Origin: Rikenellaceae bacterium
GTDB lineage: Bacteria > Bacteroidota > Bacteroidia > Bacteroidales > Rikenellaceae
Assembly (NCBI GenBank): GCA_015060045.1
Contig: SUZH01000006.1
Span: forward strand, 53,354 to 117,353
Reading direction: 5' to 3'
DNA length: 64,000 nt
The notes below the pieces were generated by a model. That model had not been told where the DNA came from. It searched no databases and was given only the letters and a program-made list of their open reading frames with translations. This document shows, piece after piece, positions 1 to 9,569 of this stretch; positions within the stretch are counted from its first letter, which is position 1; every line of letters starts with the position of its first letter. A program made the translations under genes and the position numbers.

Positions 1-2024
1 TCATGGCCGAAGTTGGCCTTGAGCGACTGTGAGGGGTCGATACCCTTCGGCAGTACACACTCCATCGTAGCCGCCTCGTCGCCCGTATTGAGCACCACGA
101 CTACCCACTCACCCATGTAGACACGCAGGTAGGCCCACACCTTCTCGGTCAGTTGCAGCGTCATCTGGTCGCCATACAGCAGCGGCAACTCCTGACGGCG
201 CAACTCGGCGAGTCGCTTCGTCACGGCCAGCTGCGCCTGCTCGGCCTCGTTGTAGCCCTCGAAGCGCATCATGCGGCGGTTGTCAGGGTCATTACCACCC
301 GGTTCGCCATACTCGTCACCCTGATAGATACACGGCACACCCGGAATGGTCATATTGAGGGCATTGACCAGCGACAACTTCTTGTAACCGACCGGATCGC
401 CCACTTCGATCTTACGCGTCCAACCGGCCAGCTTGTGATCCTCGTCGGGATCGAGCGTACCGCCTGCCAGCGAGATCAGACGACCCTTGTCGTGGTTACC
501 CGTGATGTTACCCATCGTGTGGTGGGCACCGTAAGCACCGAGCGACTGCTCAACCACCTGGGCCAACGCCTTGACCGAATGGCCACGCGTCAAGACATCA
601 AGGGCCGTATGATAGACATTGAAGTCGAACTGCGCGTTGATCATACCGCTGCGTACATACGAGCCGATCAGCTCGGGCGAGCCGTAGGTCTCGCCTATCT
701 GCCAGAGGTTCTTATCGGGCACGGCCTGACGCATCTTCTTCGTCAGCTTGCGCCAGTAGTGCAGCGGAATATGCTTGCAGGCGTCGTGACGGAACCCATC
801 GAAATCAAACTTATTCATCCAATAGACGGCCGAGTCGGTCATCGGCTCTACCACCTCGATGCGCTCATGATCCAGGGTCGGGATGTGCTCATCGAACCAC
901 GTCGTCAGACGCTGCTCATCCCACAAACCGAGGTTCTTGCGGCCATCGGGCAGCAGGAGCGGGGTCACCCAATCGGGGTGCTCCTGCAGCACGGGCGAAT
1001 TGATATGCAGGTGGTTGGCCACATAGTCCAACACCACGTTCAGGTTGTGCTCGTGGGCCGTTGCCAACATCTCATGCAGCTCCTCCTCCGTACCAAAGCG
1101 GTGGTCTACGACCGTCGTGTAGATCGGCCAATAGCCGTGGTAGCCCGAGAAACGGGTGAAGGGAGTCTGGTTCAAGCCCCATGCATCGAGCGGGTTCTGC
1201 GTTACGGGCGAGATCCAGATCGTCGTCATACCCAGATCGGTAAAGAAGCCCTCCTCGATCTTCTTCGTGATACCCTTCAGGTCACCACCTTGGTAATCCA
1301 CCTCGGGGAGAACATCGGGGCGATTCAGCGGCTCGTTATTGGTCGGATTGCCATCCTCGAAGCGGTCGATCATGAGCGAATAGAGGATCTGCGTCTCGTG
1401 ATCGTGGCGCGTGAGCTGATCCACCGACGTGACGACGCGACCCTTCTCGAGCGGAATCAGCACATCGTTGAAGAGCCCCTCGTTCGACGAAGCAAAGATA
1501 CGCAGGAACGAGCGGTCGAGCGCAGCGGCATCGTGCGGAATCATCACCTCGAACGACTCCTCACCACGAATGATGCACTGCTCGCTGAGGCGGCAATTCT
1601 GCCACATGGCGACAATCTGCACGGGACGCATCGAGGCCTCCACAGCCACCATGCGCATCATCTCGCCGGCCGTAAAGAGGCGGGCGTTGGTATTGCGCTC
1701 ACCGCACAACGCCACAATCGAGCTCTTCGCGCCCGCTTTCCAGGCATGAATCGTTGCCACGGCCACGCCATCCGAGCACTCCACATCAAACTCCGACCAA
1801 TCCTCCTCGGTAGCCGTCAGACGCCAATCGGCACCCTCGATCGTCAGCGAGTCGGCACCCTCCCACGTGGGCAGGTAATCGGTCAGAAAGCAGTGCTGCA
1901 CGCCCGATTGCAGGCGCATCGGCACAATCGGAGCCCCCTTGGCATCGGGTGCTGTCTGTGCGAATTGCTCACTGCCACAAGCCGTCAACGCAGCTGCAAA
2001 AAGAATCAGAAATAGTTTTTTCAT
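1..2024 (-). CDS. GH13 alpha-amylase-family lipoprotein (neopullulanase/cyclomaltodextrinase-like, SusA-like); 3' end lies beyond the window edge
   Basis: Absent from the ORF track because it has no in-window stop. Hand translation from ATG 2024-2022 gives the lipobox MKKLFLILFAAALTAC and the four GH13 regions DYVANH, GFRHDACKH, WQIGETYG and GNHDKGR. Track ORF 153..2015(+) is its codon-phased antisense shadow. Confidence 0.85.
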   Translation of the reverse strand, partial: MKKLFLILFAAALTACGSEQFAQTAPDAKGAPIVPMRLQSGVQHCFLTDYLPTWEGADSLTIEGADWRLTATEEDWSEFDVECSDGVAVATIHAWKAGAKSSIVALCGERNTNARLFTAGEMMRMVAVEASMRPVQIVAMWQNCRLSEQCIIRGEESFEVMIPHDAAALDRSFLRIFASSNEGLFNDVLIPLEKGRVVTSVDQLTRHDHETQILYSLMIDRFEDGNPTNNEPLNRPDVLPEVDYQGGDLKGITKKIEEGFFTDLGMTTIWISPVTQNPLDAWGLNQTPFTRFSGYHGYWPIYTTVVDHRFGTEEELHEMLATAHEHNLNVVLDYVANHLHINSPVLQEHPDWVTPLLLPDGRKNLGLWDEQRLTTWFDEHIPTLDHERIEVVEPMTDSAVYWMNKFDFDGFRHDACKHIPLHYWRKLTKKMRQAVPDKNLWQIGETYGSPELIGSYVRSGMINAQFDFNVYHTALDVLTRGHSVKALAQVVEQSLGAYGAHHTMGNITGNHDKGRLISLAGGTLDPDEDHKLAGWTRKIEVGDPVGYKKLSLVNALNMTIPGVPCIYQGDEYGEPGGNDPDNRRMMRFEGYNEAEQAQLAVTKRLAELRRQELPLLYGDQMTLQLTEKVWAYLRVYMGEWVVVVLNTGDEAATMECVLPKGIDPSQSLKANFGH

Positions 2025-2058
2025 ATCAGGTTATTATTTTTGTTGCTTCTTTCGGCCC

Positions 2059-3375
2059 CTACTCGGCGACATCCTTCATCCAATCGATGCCCTCGTGCAG
2101 GTTGTTTTGGTTTGTAAAGTCCCAATAGGAGTTATTCTCCCACGTCGAGCCATAGGCCCACTTGGCCGGGTAGGTATAAAGGCCCAAACCGTGGCCATTC
2201 TCCTTACCGGTCAACAGATCGGGCAGCGACTCCGTACCCCACGTGATGACACCCACGCCACCGCCGGCCTTCAACTCCTCGGCCAACGCCTTCAGCCAGG
2301 CACGCTGGCGAGCAGGGGTATAGTTCGCAGCATTCGTCGCGTCGTTCCAATCGGGATAGTTATAGGCATTGTCGCACCAATCACCCATCCACTCGCCGGC
2401 GGCATTGTTACCCGTCGTAAAGGTGTATGCGGTCTCCAAGATCACGGCCTGCGCCTTATAATCCTTTTCGCAGCTCTCGGCCATGGCGCGAATCGTTTGA
2501 TAGGGATTCGAGTGGCCAATGTTGGTTCCGGGGTACCATGAGATGCCGATCAGGTCGAAATCCACGCAACCCGCCTCCTTGATCTGGCGCACGTAAGAGC
2601 CCACCTTGGCCGGATTGGCGATATGGAGCAGGGTCTTTACATGGGGATTGTAGAGTTTTGCATAATCGCGTACGGCTTGAAAACCTCGCTTGAGCAGGCG
2701 ACCCGTCCGTGCACCATCCGATGCGGCACTTGTCGAGGGGCGCAGGAAGCCGATGTTGACCTCGTTACCCACTGCCACGACGCGCGGATAGAGTTGCTCC
2801 TCTTTGGCGAGCTTCACAAGCGTTTCATATACCCACTCATAGAGTTTATCTCCCAGCGCCTCTTCGCTCAAGCCACGCCACGCCGTCGGCAGGATGTTGT
2901 GGTGCGTCGAGGTATCGGTATAGCTGTCGGCATCGGGTTTGAGCGTCAGCAGGAGATCCAGTCCCTGCTCCTTGGCGCGCTTGGCATCCTTTACGACCGT
3001 TGCATAGTCGGGCCAATGGATGGTCACGCCGTTGTATGCGGGGAACGGCTCCACGTTCAACTGCAGACGCACGATGTTGGCACCGTGCTCCTTCATCGAA
3101 CGATAAGGATCCTTCTCGACACCCCCTTCGCGATACTTCAGGCCTACCTCCTGCAGGTAGGAGGCAAACGACATGGTCGAGCCCTTCATGAAGCCTGTCG
3201 AGAAGTAGGTCGGCGTCACGATCGGCGTATCCGGTTCAGGTTCGGGTTTCGGCGTCGGGGTGGGTTCGGGTTCGGGAGTCGGATCGTCCCCAACGCCCTC
3301 ATCACCACCGCAAGCCACCAGCGCAGCAGCCAGCATCAGCATCGAAATCCAACGGCGCAGAGTTGTCTTTTTCAT
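2059..3375 (-). CDS. Clan GH-A glycoside hydrolase lipoprotein, closest by eye to GH53 (endo-beta-1,4-galactanase-like), with a Pro/Glu/Thr-rich linker
   Basis: ATG at 3375. Lipobox LAAALVAC followed by a PEPEPTPTPKPEPEP linker. GH53-like blocks are GANIVRLQL, VVAVGNEVN (acid/base), DLIGISWYP, VILETAY (nucleophile) and a C-terminal YWDF. Confidence 0.6.
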   Translation of the reverse strand: MKKTTLRRWISMLMLAAALVACGGDEGVGDDPTPEPEPTPTPKPEPEPDTPIVTPTYFSTGFMKGSTMSFASYLQEVGLKYREGGVEKDPYRSMKEHGANIVRLQLNVEPFPAYNGVTIHWPDYATVVKDAKRAKEQGLDLLLTLKPDADSYTDTSTHHNILPTAWRGLSEEALGDKLYEWVYETLVKLAKEEQLYPRVVAVGNEVNIGFLRPSTSAASDGARTGRLLKRGFQAVRDYAKLYNPHVKTLLHIANPAKVGSYVRQIKEAGCVDFDLIGISWYPGTNIGHSNPYQTIRAMAESCEKDYKAQAVILETAYTFTTGNNAAGEWMGDWCDNAYNYPDWNDATNAANYTPARQRAWLKALAEELKAGGGVGVITWGTESLPDLLTGKENGHGLGLYTYPAKWAYGSTWENNSYWDFTNQNNLHEGIDWMKDVAE

Positions 3376-3386
3376 CGTGCAGTCTC

Positions 3387-5693
3387 TTATTTCAGCAGGA
3401 ATACTACCGTCGAGAAGCCCGGCATCTTCACCGTCTGATCCACCAGCGTAATCTCACCGCCGAGGACGGCCACCGCCTTATTCACCGCATCGCTGATCTT
3501 CACCTCAATCTGCTGACCGGCCACGTTGTGCATCACGAGCAGTTTCTGGCCGTTGTACTCGCGGTAGAAGGCCGAAAGGGCTGCCGGGTAGTTCGACGTG
3601 TTGTAGCAGGGGGTCATCGAACCCAGCTCCGTCATCGCGGGATAGATATTGCGCAACTGGCCTAACGTGCGGTAGGTATTGAGGATCGAGTTCGGCTCAT
3701 TGGTCAAATCGGCCACCGTATTGAGCTTCTCAAACGAGGGAAGCAGTGCACCCGTATACTTCGGATACTCGGTCTTGCTCCAACGCATCGGCTGACGGAT
3801 GTAGACGTCACTCGACTCCTTCGAACCCGTGTAGCCCAGCTCCTCGCCGTAGTAAACTACGGGGCGGCCCGATACGGTCAGCAACAGAGCTCCCGCCATG
3901 CGCATGCGGTTGATGTTACCCCCCAGGTCCTCACCGGCACGATTCTCATCGTGGTTCGTGAGCTTCACCGCGTCGATATAGGTCGACTTCACATTCTTCA
4001 ACTGCGTCTGGATATTCTTCAGGCCCGAGGCGATCTCGCGGCCCTTACCCTCGTTCAGCCCCTTCGGCAGCACATTCCACCAAAAGTCGAAGTTGAAGCA
4101 CGAGAGGGGCGTATTGCGAGCAAAGCCCGACACGACACCCGTACCATCGAAGATCTCGGCCACCATGTAGAGATCCTGACCGTTATACTGCGGCTTGGTC
4201 TTGTAATAAGCGTTCAAATCCGAGTGGAACTTCGTCCAGAAGGTATAGTCGCGCGAATCGATTGACCAGATGCCATAGACATGCTTGGCGGCATCGAGGC
4301 GGAAACCATCCACACCCTTATCCAACCACCCCTTTGCCGAGGCGATGATGTGCTGATAAGGCTCGTTTGAAGCGAGGTTACCGATCACGCCATAGTTGAT
4401 CTCAGGCATCCAAACACCAAAGATCGGGGCGAAGATCTTGAGCGATTTCATCTCCTCGAACTGGATATCGGCCGCCGTCGTGTTGTTCAGCGCATAAGCT
4501 ACACCCGGCTGGATATAGGAGCCATTACCGCCATACTTCGTACCACCATCCCACGTCGTATTGGAGGTGCGTACCAGGAAGCCCCACGGCGAGTTGAAAT
4601 CACATACCAATTCATAGACACCGTTCTCCTTGGCATACATGCGGTGGGCGGCACCCGCCTCACCGTAGTAGAGGAACATATTGACGCTCGTATCCGTATT
4701 GTCGGGCTGGGCAGCCTCGGTCGTCTCGCTAACGGTCACCGTCGAGGGCTTGCCATTGACGGTCTGGAGCGTAAACTTATAGCGATGAGTTGTGGCCGCC
4801 GGTGCGGTCATACCGTCGGGCGTCTTCCAATCGTCCGAAGTGTAGGTCGAAACCATCGGGAACTTACCCGCAGCCACATCGGCAGCCGGATTGTACGAAA
4901 GGTTGTAATAATTCCACGTGGCACTCTGCTCACCATTCTTCAGGGCATCGGTGTACCATGGGTGACCCTTACCCGTGTGGTTTACGACATAGTCGAGGTA
5001 GATCTTAATATTCTTCTCATGAGCCGCCTTGACCAGATTCTCGAAATCGGCCATCGTACCAAACTGCGGATTTACGGCCGTGTAATCCGTCACGTCGTAA
5101 CCGTGGTACGAGTCGGCGGGATGGATCGGCGAGAGCCAGATGGCACCAGCACCGAGCGAAGCGATATAGTCCAACTTCTGCGTGATACCGTTGAAGTCAC
5201 CCACCTTATCACCGTTACTGTCGGCAAACGAATAGACCAAAATCTCGTAGATCATCTCACCACGCGTCTTGCCGTCCCAGGCGTCGGGCTGTGCCGTCAA
5301 CGTACCCTCCGCCACGGCTGCCGCAGCCTGCGTCACGGCGATCGACTTCGAATAGCCACCGGCTGCCGTCACGATCAACTCGGCGGTGCGCTCCTTCCCC
5401 GTATTGGGCGTTACCAGCACCTGCGTCGTCACTTTGCCTTTAGGACCACTCGTCTGCGCCAAGAAGCACCAATCGGTCTTCGTAACCGACCATGCAGCGG
5501 GAGCCTCAATCGTGATGGCCTGCTGACCACCCTCAGCCGTAAAGCTGAACGTAGCAGGAGATATCACCAGGTCCGTCTGCGGGGGCTGCGGAGGTTCGGG
5601 TTCATCTACCCCACCATCGCCACCACAGGCCGTCATCAGCATCAAAGCTGCCAAAAGCAGCGTACGCTGCAACAAATCGAAATATCGTTTCAT
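3387..5693 (-). CDS. susG: SusG-like surface alpha-amylase (GH13) lipoprotein with an N-terminal Ig/BACON-like domain and a ~200-aa insertion between GH13 regions I and II (the position of CBM58 in SusG)
   Basis: Start moved to ATG 5693 (MKRYFDLLQRTLLLAALMLMTAC lipobox). GH13 regions are DYVVNH, GFRLDAAKH, VAEIFD and LTNHDENR. The insertion contains WGFLVRTSNTTWDGGTKYGG, which resembles Sus-type starch-binding sites. Confidence 0.8.
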   Translation of the reverse strand: MKRYFDLLQRTLLLAALMLMTACGGDGGVDEPEPPQPPQTDLVISPATFSFTAEGGQQAITIEAPAAWSVTKTDWCFLAQTSGPKGKVTTQVLVTPNTGKERTAELIVTAAGGYSKSIAVTQAAAAVAEGTLTAQPDAWDGKTRGEMIYEILVYSFADSNGDKVGDFNGITQKLDYIASLGAGAIWLSPIHPADSYHGYDVTDYTAVNPQFGTMADFENLVKAAHEKNIKIYLDYVVNHTGKGHPWYTDALKNGEQSATWNYYNLSYNPAADVAAGKFPMVSTYTSDDWKTPDGMTAPAATTHRYKFTLQTVNGKPSTVTVSETTEAAQPDNTDTSVNMFLYYGEAGAAHRMYAKENGVYELVCDFNSPWGFLVRTSNTTWDGGTKYGGNGSYIQPGVAYALNNTTAADIQFEEMKSLKIFAPIFGVWMPEINYGVIGNLASNEPYQHIIASAKGWLDKGVDGFRLDAAKHVYGIWSIDSRDYTFWTKFHSDLNAYYKTKPQYNGQDLYMVAEIFDGTGVVSGFARNTPLSCFNFDFWWNVLPKGLNEGKGREIASGLKNIQTQLKNVKSTYIDAVKLTNHDENRAGEDLGGNINRMRMAGALLLTVSGRPVVYYGEELGYTGSKESSDVYIRQPMRWSKTEYPKYTGALLPSFEKLNTVADLTNEPNSILNTYRTLGQLRNIYPAMTELGSMTPCYNTSNYPAALSAFYREYNGQKLLVMHNVAGQQIEVKISDAVNKAVAVLGGEITLVDQTVKMPGFSTVVFLLK

Positions 5694-5803
5694 ATCGTTC
5701 TCTTTTTTTATCACTTGGTGACCGATGCGCCGATCAAAGCGCATCGGCCTAAACACAACCCGCAGCCTTCACCTTTCGGAAGGCTGTGGGTTGGAAAATC
5801 TGC

Positions 5804-8800
5804 TTACTGGGCAGGCGTCCACTTTACAACGAATACGTTGATAGCGCTGCCCTTGCTGTACATATTGATCACCGAACCGGCCTTTGCCGACGAGCAATCG
5901 ATCGTGTGTACCTTGCGCTCAGCCGTCTTATCGGGAGCCTCCAGGCCGTCACCCGTCACCTCCGTACCGTCGATAGCAACAGCCAGATAACGAGCTGCAT
6001 CACCGCTCGATTGGATATCTACCTCCAGCTTACCGGGACCCGTAACAGCCAGCTGCAGGGTACACTTCGAGGTATTACCCGAACCACCGAGCTGGATACG
6101 ATAAGCACCGCTGTTCGAACCGAACTTGCACTTCGAACCACCTGCGATAAACTTCAAGCCATTGCCCAGATCAACATCATCGGTGTAGTTGTCACCACCC
6201 AGCGTGTTGTAGAACTGCTCGAAGAGCGAGCTGCTCCACTCCAAGACACTCGGCGTCGGCGTTACGGGCTCCTCAGCCTGCTTTACCACCTTGATCTTAG
6301 CGGGTTGTGCAGGAATTACACCACCCTCGTCGGTCGTGGGATAGAAGTATACATGGTACTTACCATCGGCAGCCACCTTCATATTCTGGGCACCGCCACC
6401 TACCGTCAGGTCAGTCTCGACACCATCAGCCAGGACACCGGCCGTAGCCAGACCCCAGTTGAAGTTATCGTTCCACTCACCGGCCTTGCGTACCTTGAAC
6501 TCGTCAGCAGCCGTCAAAGCTACGTTCTCTGCCAGGAAGCTACCGTCAGCCTGCTTGGTCAGCATCACATCCGAGCTCCAATTGGTCATCGAACCAACCA
6601 GACCTACCTCGATCTGCTGGCCCAGCGGACCCGAAGGCGTCGAACCGCCTACCGACTCGATCTTGATCTTGGCAACACCGCCCTTCACAACGGCCGTACC
6701 ATCCAGCGTCGGGTAGAAATATACGTTGTACGTGCCGTCAGCAGCAACCGACATATTGGCCGAACCGCCACCGCACGTCAACTCAACCTCAACACCCAAC
6801 TCTACGATACCGGCAGCAGCCAGACCCCAGTTGAAGTTATCGTCCCAAGCACCGGCCTTACGTACCTTGAAGGTATCCGTAGCCTTGAGGGCAACATTCT
6901 CTACCTTGTAGCTGCCATCAGCCTGCTGTGCCAGCATTACGTCCGTATCCCAGTTGCCACCAACACCAATCAGACCTACCTCGATCTGCTCCGAGCTCGG
7001 AGCGGGAGGCGTTACAGGCTCACCAGCATCAGCGGGCGTCTTACCCGGCGTCATCACGTAGAGCTTCAGCTCGGCGGGATAGAAGTAGAGGTCATACGTG
7101 CCGGTCGTCTCTACCGACATATTCTGGCTACCGCCACCGTTTACGAGCGTCGTCAAGGCGTCGATCGTTACATTACCCGATACCTGACCACCGTAGTTCT
7201 CGGCATCGTTCCACTCGTTGTTGGCGCGAATCTTGAAGCCCTTGCCGGCCTCCAATGCCTGACCCAGCAGGACATACTCGCCGTTACCCTTCGCCGTGAA
7301 AGCGATATCGGGCGTGCCACCCCAACCGTTCAGATCACCTACCAGACCGTAGTTTACAGCGGGCTTCGGAAGCTCCGAACCGGCCGTCAGAGCCAGGAAC
7401 TCCTTCGTCTCGGCGTTGAAGTAGAAGTCATACGTACCGGCAGCAATCGACATATTCTTACCGTTGGCAACCAGCGTCGTAGCCTCACCTGCAGCCAGTG
7501 CATAGGGCTCCGTATCACCCGAACCACCGTAGTTCTCGTCCCAAGCGTTGGCAAAGCGAACCTTGAACTGATCCTCAGCCGTTACCGTTACGTTCTTGAC
7601 AGCCGTATATGCCGAACCCTCAACAGGCTCGAAAGCGAGGTCGGGCGTACCACCCCACGAGTTGATCGTACCAACCAGACCGTAGCTCGACGAGGGCAGC
7701 TCGGCACCGGCCGCAACTGCAATGAACTCCTTGGTCTTGGGATAGAAGTAGAAGTCGTACGAACCGGCAGCCATCGACATATTCTTACCACCGGCAACCA
7801 GCGTTACCTTCGTATCTACGGCCAGTGCATAGGGCTCAACATCACCCTCGCCACCGTAGTTCTCGGTCCAGTCGCTATCGACGCGGATCTTGATCTGATC
7901 CGACTCCGTCAGCGTTACATTCTTCACTACCTTGTAGTCCTTACCCTCAACGGCCTCGAAAACAAGGTCAGGCGTCTCGCCCCAGTTGTTGATCGTACCA
8001 ACCAGGCCGTAGTTCTTGGCCATCGGGTCCTCGATTACCACATCACCCGTCTTATGGAAGGTCAACGCGTAGTTGGCGCTCGTCGAGAGGTTCATCGTGA
8101 TATCGTATACACCCGGCTCCGACGGAATATCCGAGCCACCGAAGGTCATATCGTTCGGATCGCCACCCAGGTTGTAGGCATAGGGATCCTCCCACGGGTT
8201 GCCCCAGTTGTCGTTTACGCGTACCTTGTAAGCACCCTCGCCCAGCGTGATGCCCTTGAGCTCCATGGCACCGGTATCGGGGTTGTAGGTAAAGTTCGTC
8301 TGGCCATCCCAGCCCAGCTCCGTAGCCGAACCAATCAGACCGATCGACGAAACGGGAGCCATCGTCAGCTGTGCAGCAGCCAGGTCGAGGTAGAATACGA
8401 ACGTACCCTCCTTACCACCGGCACCGTCAGCTACCTGCATCATGTTGCCGGCCGAAGCGCTGATTGCGAAGGTATAAGGCTCACCCTCCGAGGTAGCCGT
8501 ACCACCCAACCAAACAACCGACTCATCCTTCGGGTTGGTGTAGATCACCTTGAAGCCCCACTCCTGACCATAGATCGAAACCACACCGTGGTAAACACCC
8601 GTGTTGGCATCACCCTTCAGGATCGGGAGCTCACCCGCCGTATTCCAAGCGTGGCCACCGAAGTCACCGCAAAGCTGTACAAACGCGGGATACGAAGGCG
8701 TGTAGGTCGTAACCTGAACCGTTACGGCAGGCGACTCGAGCTGGGGAGCACCCTCACCCTCGAGGTACGACGTCACGATGAGCTGTACATCACAAGCCGT

Positions 8801-9487
8801 ATCCTTCGGGCAACCCAGTGCGATCAGCGTCGAGTTGAGCGTCGTGGGCGAAATCGAGTACTTCGTCGTCGTCAAACCGCTGGCCAGCTCCTGACGAGCA
8901 CCATCGTTATAGACGATCTCCACCTTGTAGAGCGGATTCGTACCATACTCGAAGCGAGCCTCCGTCCAGCTGATCAGCGTAACGTCCTCGGTCATTCCCT
9001 CCGACAATACGATACCCTGAGCGGCAGCCTCATCCACAGCTACGATAGCAGGAACATAATCACCATAGACAAAAACGTTCATCGTGATCGGCTCCGACTT
9101 TACGACCGTCACACCATTGTCGGCCGCTACGTACATACCGATCGAGAAGTTGTTGTTGGCATCCAAGCCAAAACCGCTCAAGAGCTGCGTACGGAAAGCC
9201 TCCTTACCGGCCGTGAAATAGAGGCCGTTGGTCGACGTGAGCGAAATCTCTTGGCTGTCATACGTTGCATAGAGGGTGTACATCACCTCCTCACCCATAC
9301 CGCGAGCCGCCTTCCACGAGAAGGTCAGCGTCTCTTCGATCGAGTTCTCGGTCAAGAGGATGTCGGCGTGCGAATCCATGACCGGAGCCGTGGCCTCTAC
9401 CGCGTAGAGATCAGCGGGGTCCTTCTCACAAGCCGTGAAGGCCATGAGACCCGCTACCAGGGCAGTTAAATATCTGAAAACTTTCAT
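5804..9487 (-). CDS. Giant SusE/SusF-like surface glycan-binding lipoprotein: two SusE-N-like modules, seven tandem CBM-like modules and a distinct C-terminal domain
   Basis: ATG at 9487 with lipobox LMAFTAC. Modules of ~105-125 aa recur with NYGLVG..NWGG.PD...W..NYGG...YDFYFYP-type motifs. It sits between a SusE-like gene and a SusG-like gene. Confidence 0.8.
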   Translation of the reverse strand: MKVFRYLTALVAGLMAFTACEKDPADLYAVEATAPVMDSHADILLTENSIEETLTFSWKAARGMGEEVMYTLYATYDSQEISLTSTNGLYFTAGKEAFRTQLLSGFGLDANNNFSIGMYVAADNGVTVVKSEPITMNVFVYGDYVPAIVAVDEAAAQGIVLSEGMTEDVTLISWTEARFEYGTNPLYKVEIVYNDGARQELASGLTTTKYSISPTTLNSTLIALGCPKDTACDVQLIVTSYLEGEGAPQLESPAVTVQVTTYTPSYPAFVQLCGDFGGHAWNTAGELPILKGDANTGVYHGVVSIYGQEWGFKVIYTNPKDESVVWLGGTATSEGEPYTFAISASAGNMMQVADGAGGKEGTFVFYLDLAAAQLTMAPVSSIGLIGSATELGWDGQTNFTYNPDTGAMELKGITLGEGAYKVRVNDNWGNPWEDPYAYNLGGDPNDMTFGGSDIPSEPGVYDITMNLSTSANYALTFHKTGDVVIEDPMAKNYGLVGTINNWGETPDLVFEAVEGKDYKVVKNVTLTESDQIKIRVDSDWTENYGGEGDVEPYALAVDTKVTLVAGGKNMSMAAGSYDFYFYPKTKEFIAVAAGAELPSSSYGLVGTINSWGGTPDLAFEPVEGSAYTAVKNVTVTAEDQFKVRFANAWDENYGGSGDTEPYALAAGEATTLVANGKNMSIAAGTYDFYFNAETKEFLALTAGSELPKPAVNYGLVGDLNGWGGTPDIAFTAKGNGEYVLLGQALEAGKGFKIRANNEWNDAENYGGQVSGNVTIDALTTLVNGGGSQNMSVETTGTYDLYFYPAELKLYVMTPGKTPADAGEPVTPPAPSSEQIEVGLIGVGGNWDTDVMLAQQADGSYKVENVALKATDTFKVRKAGAWDDNFNWGLAAAGIVELGVEVELTCGGGSANMSVAADGTYNVYFYPTLDGTAVVKGGVAKIKIESVGGSTPSGPLGQQIEVGLVGSMTNWSSDVMLTKQADGSFLAENVALTAADEFKVRKAGEWNDNFNWGLATAGVLADGVETDLTVGGGAQNMKVAADGKYHVYFYPTTDEGGVIPAQPAKIKVVKQAEEPVTPTPSVLEWSSSLFEQFYNTLGGDNYTDDVDLGNGLKFIAGGSKCKFGSNSGAYRIQLGGSGNTSKCTLQLAVTGPGKLEVDIQSSGDAARYLAVAIDGTEVTGDGLEAPDKTAERKVHTIDCSSAKAGSVINMYSKGSAINVFVVKWTPAQ
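6248..8692 (-). repeat. Intragenic tandem array of seven CBM-like coding modules (aa ~266-1080 of the SusE/F-like protein); modules 3/4 and 6/7 are the most similar pairs
   Basis: Protein-level periodicity counted by hand. Module 3 (aa 492-601) resembles module 4 (602-711), and module 6 (835-957) resembles module 7 (958-1080). Confidence 0.75.
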
Positions 9488-9569
9488 GTTTATTTTCGTT
9501 TGTTAAAAAGCGGGCTGGATCGTTCGCGGGGATCGACCCCGCCCGCATTTCGGTTTTGACTCTGCTTAC

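Noticed and set aside
153-2015. A 620-aa plus-strand ORF at the left edge
   Set aside because: It is the antisense shadow of the GH13 gene (1..2024, minus), which shows all four GH13 motifs. It starts with TTG and has an R/H/L/Q-rich composition.
5786-9469. A 1227-aa plus-strand ORF exactly mirroring the 1227-aa SusE/F-like gene
   Set aside because: Its codons coincide one-for-one with the reverse complements of the minus-strand codons. In that phase, antisense stops arise only from the sense codons TTA, CTA and TCA. The gene uses none of these after codon 7, where the TTA at 9467-9469 is exactly where the shadow ORF ends. The product is low-complexity and rich in R, L, V, T and G, with no recognisable domain, whereas the minus-strand product has a lipobox and Sus-type modules.
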